DNA of 64,000 nt from the NCBI GenBank assembly GCA_031373785.1, contig JANMNE010000183.1:15729-79728 (forward strand), given 5' to 3'. Positions 63,969 through 64,000 of the stretch are shown piece after piece (position 1 is the first letter of the stretch; every line of letters begins with the position of its first letter). Both the position numbers and the translations under genes were made by a program. A model generated the notes under the pieces. The model saw nothing but the letters and a program-made list of their open reading frames with translations. It had not been told where the DNA came from and did no database searches. This stretch comes from Ilumatobacteraceae bacterium. Its GTDB lineage: Bacteria > Actinomycetota > Acidimicrobiia > Acidimicrobiales > Ilumatobacteraceae.

Positions 63969-64000
63969 GAATCTCCGAACGCGGTCGGCGCACCTCGTCG
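63965..64000 (+). CDS. start of a further coupled gene ([11 protein letters not shown]...), runs off the window
   Basis: ATG 63965 overlaps the Rieske stop (ATGA). Only 12 codons are visible. Confidence 0.25.
   Translation, partial: MRISERGRRTSS

Overview
All calls below come from reading the sequence and the ORF track by eye. No database search was run, so family names are motif-level recognitions.

**Overall character.** This is a high-GC, densely coding, chromosome-like window of actinobacterial type. It shows SD-like RBSs, many 4-nt ATGA/GTGA overlaps between adjacent genes, and long spurious antisense ORFs typical of GC-rich DNA. I saw no transposase, integrase, CRISPR array or rRNA.

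**Gene content, left to right:**
- **1-5.5 kb:** the tail of a BMP-type ABC uptake system, then a ygeW-type carbamoyltransferase, an M20 hydrolase and carbamate kinase.
- **5.5-6.15 kb:** a scar made of two gene fragments and a tRNA/tmRNA-like 3' fragment.
- **6.3-12.9 kb:** a 2217-aa secreted repeat protein with about 25 Ig-like modules in a 4-module super-repeat and a PxKF-type C-terminus. It is divergent from an AfsR/SARP-type STAND regulator.
- **16.8-20 kb:** small secreted proteins, DUF1326/DUF2182 genes and an orphan azlD.
- **20.1-24.2 kb:** a 770-aa membrane protein of unknown function, followed by a sensor-less histidine kinase and a LuxR-type response regulator. A perfect 26-bp palindrome lies in front of the kinase.
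- **24.2-33.2 kb:** a Gram-positive-type Tad/Flp pilus locus. It has a duplicated flp gene with a conserved leader, an ICMT-family methyltransferase wedged between the two flp copies, and a VWA-TadB fusion.
- **33.2-45.8 kb:** a roughly 12-kb segment bracketed by peroxiredoxin (bcp)-derived repeats. It holds a decayed S8 protease, a 2558-aa LPXTG-anchored adhesin-like protein, PPOX-like, SRPBCC and CPBP genes, and a decayed GGDEF sensor. The intact bcp copy has an in-frame TGA exactly at the catalytic Cys codon, so it is either a selenocysteine candidate or a fresh pseudogene.
- **45.8-57.7 kb:** GH3 glucosidase, MMPL transporter, PAP2-like protein, ArsR plus SulP, a lipoprotein, DUF1810 and an orphan CoxL-like Mo subunit.
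- **57.9-64 kb:** an NsrR-RIC-truncated-haemoglobin nitrosative-stress operon, immediately followed by an unusual four-gene molybdoenzyme cluster (NarI-like cytochrome b, MopB, 4Fe-4S protein, Tat-signal Rieske).

**Best candidates for follow-up:**
- the UGA-containing peroxiredoxin
- the flp / methyltransferase / flp arrangement
- the membrane protein plus minimal two-component module with its palindrome
- the Rieske-containing Mo enzyme next to the NO-stress operon
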